From: a virus
Reading direction: 5' to 3' (one strand)
DNA: 64,000 bases
Virus record (IMG/VR): IMGVR_UViG_3300045988_129289
Positions 1 through 9,974 of the stretch are shown here, in pieces. Position numbers and translations under genes: made by a program. Within the stretch, counting starts at the first letter, position 1. The number at the start of each line of letters is the position of its first letter. The notes under the pieces are model-generated. The model was given only the letters and a program-made list of their open reading frames with translations. It ran no database searches and was not told the DNA's origin.

Positions 1-1
1 G

Positions 2-1123
2 GATGCTAAAGAGCATGGAGCGCCAAAGAATGGATTGTGGGTATCAGAGAAAAAAGATATTGGGTTTATGAATGATAGACCAATATTAATATAGCTTCAA
101 TAGATTCTTAAGAAACCAATGGTATAGATTGGAGATATCCCTGCCCAGGGTAAAAATAAACTGCGCAACCATATACTTAGAGAAGCTGAATAGTCTGGAG
201 CAGATGCAGTTAAGTTTTAGGGAATTAAGGATAATAAAACTTCTAACCAGAATGTTACATTTATCTTTGATCCTGTTGCTTCTACCACAATTCCCCCGAA
301 AGAAATGAGAGCATTTAAGGAATAGATAACTAAGCTAACACCATAGTAGATAGGATAGGAAGCTAAGGAGGGTGTTAGAGATGTAATGATGTGGTATAGA
401 AGTCCACAGTGGGAAACTAGGGCGGTTTCACGCGGATTGACATAGGATGAAATAAAAGCCTTTCAGGACTTACAAGGAAAAGTTTTGTCTTAGAAACTCC
501 CTATGGATAATAGATTTGGACCGGTAAACATTATAGTAGAAGATATGGGTAAAGGTGTTTAGGGATACTCCCAATTCTTGCCCAAGAGTATACACACTAA
601 TCAATATCCATCTGAACATTTTGTAGCTATATCTAACTAGGCTTCTCATCCTTACTATACAGCAGTACATGAAGGAATGCATCATGGTACTTTTAATATT
701 GGTTCGACTGGGTGGACTGCACCTCAAATGACTTTATCTCCAATTGAATAGAGTGCCTTAGACAAAGTACTTAGGAATGCCGAAGCTCTTAATGCTAGAC
801 TAGAAATAGATCCTAATAAGTTTACTACTTTAATGAATAAACTACAAACTAAATATGGAATGTCTGAAGTGGAAGCTAGACATTGGATCGGGGATAGAGT
901 AAAGTATTGGCAGACTCCTCAAGAGTCAAGAGCCAGAGCAGGTGCGGTAAATTAGTACAAAAGAAATCACCCAAATGCATCTGAGGAAGAACTTACTCAA
1001 ATAGATAATGCTAGATAGATATTTACTAATGAATCTCTTAATAACTTATATGGAAAAACTATAGCCTTAGGAGCCCCAGTAGTAGGAGCATTGGCTTCCA
1101 ATCAACTAGGAAATGGAGAATGA
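2..1123 (+). CDS. 3' part of a large virion-associated protein with HExxH metallopeptidase motif; TAG-recoded (gene starts upstream of window)
   Basis: frame 2 open from window start to TGA at 1121 when TAG is sense; >20 in-frame TAG, no TAA/TGA; HEGMHH encoded at 668-685. Confidence 0.6.
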
Positions 1124-1405
1124 CTTCTCATCACTTATTAGAGATAACACCTATACGTTTGATTGCATTAAAATAATATTTGCACATAATACTTATTATA
1201 GTGAAAAAGTTATTACTAATAATTTTAAACAAGCTTTGATTCTCTTTAAAGCTTGTCCATGTTTGTTGCCCTCTTAGTATGCTTGCTTTTTCAAAGATGG
1301 CAAAGAAATAGCTCGGTGTACTATAGATTGGACTAATAAAGATGTAAAAGAATATTTAGATAATATTCCATATAAAATTGAGATTAATTTAAATGATTTA
1401 ATATA

Positions 1406-2392
1406 ATGGCTGAATTATTTACAACATTTGAATCAGTATCTCCACCAGATATAGTTACCCCAGATGTGCAATAGAATTACCAGGAAATATAGTTAATGTA
1501 GTAGCCTACTTAGGAAGTAGAAGACTCGAATATAGACTGGAGTTTCCTAGATGTACCTGAATAGGACATTCAGGAACCTACTTTTAATTATACTCCTTCT
1601 AAATCTGAGAATACCTCTTCTGCAGCTCAGAAAGTAATTAACTAGGCTAGATAGTTCTTAGGTGGAAAGTATAGTTGGGGAGGTTCTAGTCCAAGTTCTG
1701 GATTTGATTGTAGTGGACTTATAAAATATGTCTTTAATAGTGTAGGAATTAATCTTCCTAGGACTGCAGCTTAGCAGGGAAAAGTTGGACAAGAAATTAA
1801 TCTATAGTAGGCATAGCCTGGAGATGTAATCTGGTTTGGAAGTAAGAATAGTCCTAGTGGTTAGCATATAGGACTTATAAGTAGAATAGATAATGGATAG
1901 ATATATATTATAGATGCAGCTGGAAAGAAATTAGGAATAGTTGAAAGACTACTTCCGAATCTAAAAATTAAAAGTGTTAGAAGAATCCTAGGAACTATAA
2001 ACGATAGTCAATTTAATCAATACGCTTTAAACTTCTTTAAAAATAAAGGATTATCAGATGCTTAGGCTAGAGGAATAGTAGGAAATCTAATGTAGGAAAG
2101 CAGGGGAAAGCACACTGCAATAAATAAATCTAGTAAAGCCTTTGGGTTGGCACAATGGTTAGGTCCTCGTAAATAGAGGCTCATTCAAAAGTATGGAATG
2201 AATCCCACTGTATCATAGCAGTTAGAATTTATATGGGAAGAATTAAATTCTACAGAAAGTAAAGCTTTTTAGAAACTACTTAACACTAATACTATTTCTG
2301 ACGCCACTAAAGTATTTGCAAAGCACTTTGAGAGAGCTGGTAATAATGAGATGAATATGAATAAACGAATTAAATTCGCATATTAGACGTGA
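1406..2392 (+). CDS. peptidoglycan hydrolase: NlpC/P60 (C40) peptidase domain + lysozyme-like domain; TAG-recoded
   Basis: ATG 1406 to TGA 2390; translation with TAG=Q gives GFDCSGL...PGDVIWF...H(I)GL (NlpC/P60 Cys-His) then GNLMQESRG...AFGLAQW lysozyme-like motif; TAG aligns to conserved Q after LPRTAA. Confidence 0.7.
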
Positions 2393-2426
2393 GAATACCA
2401 TTATAACAATTAAAATTTTGTACAAT

Positions 2427-2876
2427 ATGTAGTTAGTTCCAAAAAGACAAATTGGAGGGAATCTTTATAAGATTGATAACACTATGCCCCAAATAACTCA
2501 AAGATATGTAGCTCTACTAAATAAAGGTATCCCAGCTTAGGCTGCTTTTGATACAGCCCATTTATCTCTAATAGAGGATGGAAGGCCTAATAAATTTTAT
2601 TCATTTGGTAAAAGAGCAACCAACTTGCAGGATTGGACTAAGAATGCATCGGATTCTTTGACTGTTGGGCGATATAAAAATTTATAGAATGTACAGAACT
2701 TTAATCAATTTAAGTAGAAATTAAAATAGAAAAGGTATAATAACAGACCTGCATTCTATAATATAGAAATGAACCGAGGAAGAAATAAAGATAAATAGAT
2801 TATTAATTAGTGGAATAAAGAATAGGGATTAAATCCAATAGCACAGATATATAATTATAATATTAATTAGGTATAA
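2427..2876 (+). CDS. hypothetical late protein, TAG-recoded
   Basis: open frame with ~14 in-frame TAG only, ends TAA 2874. Confidence 0.4.
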
Positions 2877-2901
2877 GAGCTATAATTATTCTTATAATAT
2901 T

Positions 2902-3123
2902 ATGAAAGAATTTCTTAGGTTGATGATTACTTCACATTCTGGCATTAGTAGCAAAAGAGTCTGTGGAGTAATTGGATTCCTTATTATTATTTTCGTATTA
3001 GTCTATTGTACAGTATCTTCTATTCAAGCCCCTCTAATGATAGAGCCTTTTATATATGCAGTATGTTTATTACTAGGAATAGATTCAGTAACTGGAATTT
3101 GGAAAGGTAAAATGAATGATTAA
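2902..3123 (+). CDS. small two-TM membrane protein, holin-like
   Basis: ORF track 73 aa, two hydrophobic helices, positioned between muralytic enzyme and next late gene; no TAG inside. Confidence 0.45.
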   Translation: MKEFLRLMITSHSGISSKRVCGVIGFLIIIFVLVYCTVSSIQAPLMIEPFIYAVCLLLGIDSVTGIWKGKMND

Positions 3124-3997
3124 GTTTTAGAGAGGTGGCATTGCAGTGTAGGATAATACTAGGGTTGTTAGAAAACAACCTCTAGCTTTTCGACTTACTA
3201 AAGAACAGTAGGCTAGAATTAAGTAGAGAAAATTATAGGAAGCTGCTAGAAGAAATCAAGCAGTAATCTATGATGCAGACAAAGCTAAATACTATTAGAA
3301 TATGTAGAACTTCTATAATAATAACTTCTTTGGATATGGAGTGTTTGGAAAGCAAACTCATTATGACCCTTCTAAAGAAGAGGATTAGAAGAAAATATAG
3401 TCTAATTTTAATTATGCTAAAGATAATGTAAAGAACATAGGAACTTCCCTTATAACTGTAGGACCTGCAAGTTCTTTTAAAGGTGTTTTGCCTTCTGTTT
3501 CCAGAAGAGTTACAGTAGGTAAGTTATCCGCCTTAACTCCTTATAAAATAGGATAGGGTTCAGAAGCCCTTGTAATAAGAAATTCTCCTACTACGGTAGG
3601 AAAGATAACTTAGGTTGGAAGTGGTGAAATGTTGAAAAGGAATGCAATTCCAAATTCCCTTCCTCTAAAGTTTGTGGGATATGTAAGAGATGGATCTAAA
3701 AGATTTCCAACTTTCATTTAGAAGAAAGTAAAAGTCCTTAGTGAAAAGACTTTTCCAAAGTATGTTGGTAAACTGGATAAAGCTATGTAGAAGAGTGGTT
3801 TTAGAAAAGTCAATGATCCAAATGTACAGTATAGAGCATATACCAATGGTACCGTAGTAGTTGATGATGTATCTCCTGGAAATGTAGGATTAACTTTCTT
3901 TAAAAAGCCTAAACTATTGGATTTTAATCTTCAAACTGTCCCAAGTTGGACTAGTTAGGGATTTACTCTTAAAAATGGAGGTAAATTTAAATCTTAA
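3116..3997 (+). CDS. hypothetical late protein, TAG-recoded
   Basis: ATG 3116 (overlaps holin-like stop), frame 2 open to TAA 3995 with ~15 in-frame TAG (checked at 3209, 3224, 3956). Confidence 0.5.
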
Positions 3998-4019
3998 TAG
4001 TTTTTAACAATATTCTATT

Positions 4020-4049
4020 TTTGATTTTTAGAAGGAGAATATATATTTG
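4020..4049 (+). promoter_or_regulatory. Bacteroidetes-type promoter: TTTG (-33) ... TATATTTG (-7 box TAnnTTTG)
   Basis: TTTG at 4020-4023, TATATTTG 4042-4049, 27 nt before ATG 4076; same TATATTTGCTAT string recurs at 9967. Confidence 0.35.
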
Positions 4050-4075
4050 CTATGTAATCAAATAAGCAAAATAAC

Positions 4076-4516
4076 ATGGATAAAACTATTAATTTTAACG
4101 AACTTCCAGATCTTACGAATATATTAGGTTTATGTATTCCAGACGGAACTGTAGAGACATTTGAAAGTGATGATTTAAAATGTCATTTGGAAAAAGATAA
4201 CGGTCATCTTAAAATAGAGATTGAAGCTAATATCCCTGAACAAGACGGAGAATTTGATGATTCTGCCACTAAAGAAATTGTTGAGGAATATAAAGAGGGA
4301 ATTAAGGCTCTTGATGATGATTTATTCGTAGAAATAGTCGACGAACTTAAATCTAAATTGGATTTAACTAGATTTAATGAGCTTCTTGATTTAGAAAGCT
4401 TTGATGAAGACCAAGCACAAGAAGTGGAAAAAATGATTGATATTTCTACAGATATTATTTGTTTGCATCTTCAGCATAAAATTCAAGGTATGGTTGAACT
4501 TTATGAAAGGTTTTAA
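4076..4516 (+). CDS. acidic hypothetical protein
   Basis: ORF track 146 aa, D/E rich. Confidence 0.55.
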   Translation: MDKTINFNELPDLTNILGLCIPDGTVETFESDDLKCHLEKDNGHLKIEIEANIPEQDGEFDDSATKEIVEEYKEGIKALDDDLFVEIVDELKSKLDLTRFNELLDLESFDEDQAQEVEKMIDISTDIICLHLQHKIQGMVELYERF

Positions 4517-4555
4517 TTTTAAGGTTGGCTACTCCTTTTAAAAAGTAGCACTTAT

Positions 4556-4630
4556 TGCCCCATGGTGTAATGGTTAGCACAGCGGTCTCTAAAACCGCAC
4601 GTTTCAGTTCGAATCTGAATGGGGCGACCA
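4556..4630 (+). tRNA. amber suppressor tRNA, anticodon CUA (decodes UAG), Gln-like; CCA encoded
   Basis: cloverleaf: acceptor TGCCCCA/TGGGGCG (U1-G72), D GTGT-AATGGTTA-GCAC, anticodon stem GCGGT/ACCGC loop CTCTAAA (CTA at 4589-4591), T arm TTCAG-TTCGAAT-CTGAA, A73, CCA 4628-4630. Confidence 0.85.
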
Positions 4631-4646
4631 GTTAAAAATATGTATT

Positions 4647-4910
4647 ATGAGAAGTGAATTAATGAAATTGATTAAGTCAGGTAGATTTCCAAATGAAAAG
4701 AATAGAGTTTGGACTATGTGTCAAATTGCACTGCATATGGCTACCCTAGCTGCTGATGAAGCAGAGAAACTAAAACTAACAGATGAACAATTCTATATTA
4801 ATTTTGAAGATGCACTTAATATTTTATCTGTTAGAGATCATTCTGGCAATCCAGAACAAGTTAAAGAATTTAAGGAAACAATTGAATCATTTGAAGCTGA
4901 TCCAGAGTAA
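4647..4910 (+). CDS. hypothetical protein
   Basis: ORF track 87 aa. Confidence 0.5.
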   Translation: MRSELMKLIKSGRFPNEKNRVWTMCQIALHMATLAADEAEKLKLTDEQFYINFEDALNILSVRDHSGNPEQVKEFKETIESFEADPE

Positions 4911-4931
4911 TCTGGGTTAGCTTTTTTTTTT
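4902..4931 (+). terminator. rho-independent terminator (CCAGA/TCTGG hairpin + T10)
   Basis: hairpin immediately after TAA 4910 followed by T-run 4922-4931. Confidence 0.5.
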
Positions 4932-5103
4932 ATCCCCCCCCCCTTGTCGGAATCCAAAAATTTTAGAGTATTATGAACAGGAGAGTCCAAAAATTAAAAA
5001 TTTTATATGTTATGCATGGGAGAGTCCACAACATCTTTCAGTCCCCCCTACAGTCTTGAACAAAAACAAAAATAAACATTTACTAATTAAAAAATTTAGC
5101 ATT

Positions 5104-5499
5104 ATGAAAAAGAATGAATTTAAGATTGATGACGTAGTTATCAAGGGTGGTGAAAAGGAAGCTCGTATGGTTCCTCTCGCTGTTAGTGATGAACTCAACT
5201 TTACACTCTCTAAGGAGATGTTTGTACCTCGCAAGGAAACTATCAATGGCACAACACAGGAGTGGACCGATGTTCAGACCGATGGCGATGTTGCCGTTTC
5301 AGCATCTCAGCTCACACGTCGCAACAATGGTCTTGCCTTAACTGGTAAGACTATTAAGGAGCGTCTTGCTTCTTTCGTTGATTTGTTCAGCGAGGAGGGA
5401 ACTCTCAAGTTGAAGGTAACAAAGGTTGTTGAGCGTTCTTTTGACCAGCCAGATGGTAGCAAATCAACATCTCGTTACCTCAAATTTGAGGTAGCTTAA
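5104..5499 (+). CDS. hypothetical protein, GC-rich codon usage (possibly abundant, ssDNA-binding-like?)
   Basis: ORF track 5056-5499, better start ATG 5104 (MKKNEF); codon bias distinct from neighbours. Confidence 0.5.
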   Translation: MKKNEFKIDDVVIKGGEKEARMVPLAVSDELNFTLSKEMFVPRKETINGTTQEWTDVQTDGDVAVSASQLTRRNNGLALTGKTIKERLASFVDLFSEEGTLKLKVTKVVERSFDQPDGSKSTSRYLKFEVA

Positions 5500-6483
5500 A
5501 ACATTGGGGCTTTATGCCCCTTTGTTTTGGTGTAAGTGTATGCGCTATGAAACTGTAAAAGGATATTTAGTTAATGACCATATTGTAACTGATAACAAAA
5601 CTCTATGGCTAACTAAAGATTCTAAGAGAAAGTGTAATGGTTACTTCTTAGTGAAGCGTCTTGGATTCAAGTATGACCTTTTAAGAGTAATGGAAGAGAA
5701 GGAGAAGTAAAATTCTCTTTCTCATTCTATTGCTCTTGATTGGTTATATTCTCATAGTGATAGTAAGTTTGCTTTAATTGGTGATGTTTCGAGAGAGGGG
5801 AAATGATGTAAACAAGAGCACACACATGTACGGCATCAAATCCTCAAAATTTAAAAGTTTAAAAATTTTCCCATTATTGGGATTATATACAAGTCGACAA
5901 AAATTTAACAAGTAAACCTTTTTAGTATTATAGGTTAAACTAAAAAATTTATGACAATTTAAACTTAAACTAAAAAGTAAAAAACATCAGTAGAGCAGAT
6001 GATTTTTTCTCTCTTCATAAAGAAGAGTTATTAACAGGATGTGTTCTAACGGTTATTCACAAATACCGAATGAAAATTAGTAGAGGAGATAGTAAGTGAT
6101 AAAGGACTCTACATTTTAGAAAGCGATATCCCGGTGCTTAAAGAGGGTTTCCCTTGAACAAGGAGTAAAATGATTTGTTCCTTCAGCTTTTAGGATACAC
6201 TGAGTGACTATATGCGCGCACGTATGAATAATCAGTTCTGCTCGAAGAATTGAGCGATATAACTGATACATATAAGATATAGTTAACTGAGTATGAATCA
6301 TAGGCAGAAGTATCGACTGTTGTAAAGACAACTGACAACCTGGAAAGACGGGTAATTTATAAGTCATCCAGAAGACGTTAAAAATCACACTGACGAGGCT
6401 GGACGAAACATAGAGAGAAACTATTAATCACTGGACAGTATTAATAATGGCTCTATGTCTGTGAAACAAAACAAAGTAAGAAA

Positions 6484-6789
6484 ATGGAAAAGTACACAGT
6501 ATTCGTAGTTTATTCCTTAGAAGGAAATAACTATACAGAGAAACCAAATCTCAAGTCTACTCATAAACTCTTCAATACTCCAGAAGAGGCAATTGAGGCA
6601 ATCAAGAATGAAGTTGAACAAGAGTATCACAATAAGGACTATAGAGGATTCAAAATAGAATTACCAGAAATTAAAAGAAATGAGAAAACTGGTAATTGTT
6701 GGATCTATGCAGGTTATTTTAAATGTGCATATACATTTGGACCAATGGTACACTATGATATTTATATCAACTCTATTCATATGGACTAA
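6484..6789 (+). CDS. hypothetical protein
   Basis: ORF track 101 aa. Confidence 0.5.
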   Translation: MEKYTVFVVYSLEGNNYTEKPNLKSTHKLFNTPEEAIEAIKNEVEQEYHNKDYRGFKIELPEIKRNEKTGNCWIYAGYFKCAYTFGPMVHYDIYINSIHMD

Positions 6790-7059
6790 AGATAATTCTC
6801 ACTTAAATAAAACTATTGTACTGAGGTTAGAACTCAGAGTGAGAGCAAACAAAACAAAGTAGATATGAAAAAGGAAAATATGCTAAAAATGCTTGAAATC
6901 ATTTATGATGAAGCAAACAATTGTATTACTGCCTCAAGGGCAAATAACTATTGGTGTACAGTCAATGAAATGACTGAGGAAAATTACAAGGGGGTTGAAA
7001 GCTTCTATTTGGAGTTTGTACATGAATTTTTTAAATCAATTTAATAAAACAAAGTAATT

Positions 7060-7251
7060 ATGTTATTTATCACATCAGACATTAAAGTTCTTGTTACTCT
7101 TACAAATGTAGAGGGCGAGAAAACTGTTATCTCTTATCAGTTTCGAACAGCAAAGAGAGGTATGTTCAAAGAGGAAATGGAAAGACAAATCCTCAAGACA
7201 ATGAACAGTAATGGAATAGTAAAGAAAATAATCAAAGTGAGAGTGCACTAA
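7060..7251 (+). CDS. hypothetical protein
   Basis: ORF track 63 aa. Confidence 0.4.
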   Translation: MLFITSDIKVLVTLTNVEGEKTVISYQFRTAKRGMFKEEMERQILKTMNSNGIVKKIIKVRVH

Positions 7252-7444
7252 GCATTCTAACTTATAAAAGGTGAAAAGAATATGAGAAGAATAGCAGAAA
7301 TTCTTGAGATAATCATTTTAGCATGCTTGTGCATTTTAGCATGGGCTAGTGTCTTTATATGGCATAATGCCATCACAACAATAGTGTTTACAGCTTGCAT
7401 AATTATCTGGCTGTTAATTCTAAATTTGGATAGCGATAACTAGA

Positions 7445-7933
7445 ATGATAATCATGAGAAAGAATAATACTTGGAACAGATTGTTCCATAAAGCTGAAGT
7501 TCAAGAGAACGTTAAGCAAATGTCTATCTACACTAAGCAGTGTTTAGAAGGACAGAGATTCCTTGACAAAATTGAGGGACCTAACACACTCATCACTCTT
7601 ATGAATATTCATAAGGATGCATGGGGAACTGGATTCCAGAATGAGAATATTGGACCTTGTCCTTATGGAGTATTTAGAACACTAGATATTCCAAGTATGA
7701 CTCCTGATCAAATTTATTTGGGAGGAATATGGGGACTTGTAACCAAGCCGATTTCATTCTGGGAGGAGCGTAAGGAGGATAAGTATAGATGTAACGGATT
7801 CGGAATAGATGAAAATCTCAGTCTTTATGAGATGATTGTCGACCAATACAGAAAACTTCTAAGTTCTAACATCCGTGCTATGTTCAACAAAGCAAGAAAC
7901 AATTACCCTTATTATAAAAGTTTAGGCTATTAG
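7445..7933 (+). CDS. hypothetical protein
   Basis: ORF track 162 aa; ends TAG. Confidence 0.5.
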   Translation: MIIMRKNNTWNRLFHKAEVQENVKQMSIYTKQCLEGQRFLDKIEGPNTLITLMNIHKDAWGTGFQNENIGPCPYGVFRTLDIPSMTPDQIYLGGIWGLVTKPISFWEERKEDKYRCNGFGIDENLSLYEMIVDQYRKLLSSNIRAMFNKARNNYPYYKSLGY

Positions 7934-7955
7934 AATTTCTTGTGTCCATTTATAA

Positions 7956-8028
7956 GAGACTATTCATCTAACGGTTAGGATACTGTGCCTTGGCTAAGTC
8001 ACCTGGGTTCGACTCCCAGATAGTCTCC
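7956..8028 (+). tRNA. tRNA-like element with aberrant anticodon arm (possible pseudo-tRNA)
   Basis: perfect 8-bp acceptor GAGACTAT/ATAGTCTC, D-arm ATCT-AACGGTTA-GGAT, T arm CTGGG-TTCGACT-CCCAG, but no canonical 5-bp/7-nt anticodon arm (only GTGCC/GTCAC with 8-nt loop TTGGCTAA). Confidence 0.3.
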
Positions 8029-8030
8029 GG

Positions 8031-8046
8031 TTATTAACAATAAAAA
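8031..8046 (+). promoter_or_regulatory. conserved 16-mer TTATTAACAATAAAAA (candidate promoter/processing signal)
   Basis: identical 16-mer at 13023-13038, near-identical at 59781-59796, reverse complement at 20235-20250; here 9 nt before ATG 8056. Confidence 0.4.
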
Positions 8047-8055
8047 CGAAAAGAA

Positions 8056-8295
8056 ATGAAAAAGATTTTTGCATGTTCAAACGGAATAGAGTTCTTCTCA
8101 GATGGAGAATCAGTACTCGGAACCCTCTCTAAGAAGGAAGCAATGGACTTTGTAAGTAATATTGCAATTGATGCTCAGAAGTCCGGAGAAAATGAAGCAG
8201 CACAGATTTCATCAATGCTTCTTCAAGCAATTGATAAGTCTTATGTTCAGCTCCCTAAAGTTGTAGAGGTTGAGATAGTAATCATAGTATTATGA
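8056..8295 (+). CDS. hypothetical protein
   Basis: ORF track 79 aa. Confidence 0.45.
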   Translation: MKKIFACSNGIEFFSDGESVLGTLSKKEAMDFVSNIAIDAQKSGENEAAQISSMLLQAIDKSYVQLPKVVEVEIVIIVL

Positions 8296-8489
8296 TAAAA
8301 GCAACCTTCATACTTTATAAGGAGAATAGTCCGAATGCTGTTCTTCTTTCTATACCTGCAACTCCAGTTAAAGGAGACCTAGTATATGTAGATGGAAGCA
8401 TGTATAGAGTATCAGATTTATGCTGGCACTTTAGTACTAATCCAAAAGAAGAACATGAAATAGTAATCACATTAAATCAGGTAAATTAA
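8292..8489 (+). CDS. hypothetical protein
   Basis: ORF track 65 aa, ATGA overlap with upstream ORF. Confidence 0.45.
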   Translation: MIKATFILYKENSPNAVLLSIPATPVKGDLVYVDGSMYRVSDLCWHFSTNPKEEHEIVITLNQVN

Positions 8490-8568
8490 ATGACAGATTA
8501 TCCAGAAATTTGGTATAGCCAAAGAATAGTAGGCTATATCTTTAATTAGTTAACTAAAAAAAAAAGCA

Positions 8569-8871
8569 ATGGAGAAAAAGAAAATGTACAGTTTTGAAGT
8601 TGTAAACAAAGCAACCTCAGCTGTAGCAATGGGATTTAGTTGCAGGGACCATATCTTTAAAGAAAGTATTAAAGAACTTCCTGAAGAAGTACAGGCTATG
8701 GTTCTTGCTTCAGTTTTGGCAGGACATGTTGCAATTAATGCACAAATGAGGCAAGTTCTTTCTAAAGCTTCTGAAATTGAAAAGAAGATGAGAGAAACGA
8801 AGAATCCTGCCGAAGAAAATGCAGGGAAACTTTCCGAAGAAGCCATTAAGAAAATGGATGAGGAAAAGTAG
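8569..8871 (+). CDS. hypothetical protein
   Basis: ORF track 100 aa. Confidence 0.5.
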   Translation: MEKKKMYSFEVVNKATSAVAMGFSCRDHIFKESIKELPEEVQAMVLASVLAGHVAINAQMRQVLSKASEIEKKMRETKNPAEENAGKLSEEAIKKMDEEK

Positions 8872-9209
8872 GCAATCCTAAGAGAATTGAGTTACACCTC
8901 TCAATTAAATGAAAAGGTGGACTGGGAGCTACCTATATAGTCACGAATATATAGGACAGGTGATAGGGTGAAAAGGTAACTTAACAGGTTAAATTTCCGA
9001 ACTAGCTATAATTTAATTATACTATAGTAGAATTGAATGCATCAAGTAACCTAAATACGTTCGATTCGTATGGCTCTCACAAGTATTTCTAGTTTTGTAT
9101 AGTTTTGAGTGAATAATAGTAGCTCCGCTTGAAAAATTATACTGACTGACAGTCAAAGACTGTAATTTTTCCTAGACGTAACAAATCCTCGCTAGGGAGG
9201 GGAAATTCT

Positions 9210-9464
9210 ATGTTAAAGAATTTTAAAGCTATTATCACTACAAACAAAGATGCACAGGTTGGTCAGAATCAGCAGAAGGCTGTTGTAAATCTCCCATTTG
9301 AATTGGAGCTTACAATTGACAAGAACAACCAGATTCATGACATCCAGCCCAGAACTTTCCGTGGCGTGGATTTATTCTCCAAGTATCACGGTCGCACTAT
9401 GGATTGGTGCTCAGACTTAGTAGAGGAGATGCGTGGACTTTACAAGGAGAATATCAATGGCTAG
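9210..9464 (+). CDS. hypothetical protein
   Basis: ORF track 84 aa. Confidence 0.45.
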   Translation: MLKNFKAIITTNKDAQVGQNQQKAVVNLPFELELTIDKNNQIHDIQPRTFRGVDLFSKYHGRTMDWCSDLVEEMRGLYKENING

Positions 9465-9867
9465 AAAGTTTGATGCTGAGGTACATATTGTAGGATTAAA
9501 TACATTGCGCCACCAGCTAGCTAAAACTCCCTTTACAAGTGATACAATCCGAGAAGGATTCAAGAGTTGTGGAATACCATCAAATCTAGTATTTTGGAAG
9601 GTATTTTCTCACTCAGGGCTTGTAAAGCAAATTGGAGACGACTTGTATTGCTTTAATAGTCCTAATAAGCCTATTCATTTTCATAAGCTTAGCGAGATTT
9701 ATAAGGAATACCAAAAGAAAGTGAATACCTATTATAATAAATGGTATGATAAGAAGAGACGTAAGGATGTACTTAAAAGACCTGATATACAAGCGGCAAT
9801 CAGACTCTTAAGAGAGAATGGTATGGATGTTGTACTCAGTGTCCAAAAGATATGTCTTTATATATAA
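9433..9867 (+). CDS. hypothetical protein
   Basis: ORF track 144 aa. Confidence 0.5.
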   Translation: MDFTRRISMARKFDAEVHIVGLNTLRHQLAKTPFTSDTIREGFKSCGIPSNLVFWKVFSHSGLVKQIGDDLYCFNSPNKPIHFHKLSEIYKEYQKKVNTYYNKWYDKKRRKDVLKRPDIQAAIRLLRENGMDVVLSVQKICLYI

Positions 9868-9937
9868 TCTTTTATTGGGTTGAGATAGTATTTATGAGGA
9901 AGACTTGATTTAGATCAATTTACAAATTTTAACAGTA

Positions 9938-9974
9938 TTTGATTTTGCAATTTTCTTTGTAGATACTATATTTG
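9938..9974 (+). promoter_or_regulatory. Bacteroidetes-type promoter upstream of tRNA-Gly (TTTG ... TATATTTG)
   Basis: TATATTTG at 9967-9974 matching TAnnTTTG, TTTG at 9938-9941/9944-9947. Confidence 0.3.

Noticed and set aside
470-727. Minus-strand 85-aa ORF
   Set aside because: It lies antisense within the long TAG-recoded + strand gene whose frame is supported by an HExxH motif. It has no independent support.
5010-5341. ORFs 5010-5252 (-) and 5147-5341 (+, other frame)
   Set aside because: They overlap the strongly codon-biased gene 5104-5499 in other frames or antisense, so they are out-of-frame artefacts.
7445-8055. Possible TAG read-through extension of ORF 7445-7933 across the tRNA-like element to TGA 8053
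   Set aside because: The extension would run through a structured tRNA-like gene and has no protein-like composition. The TAG at 7931 is more likely a true stop in an early gene.
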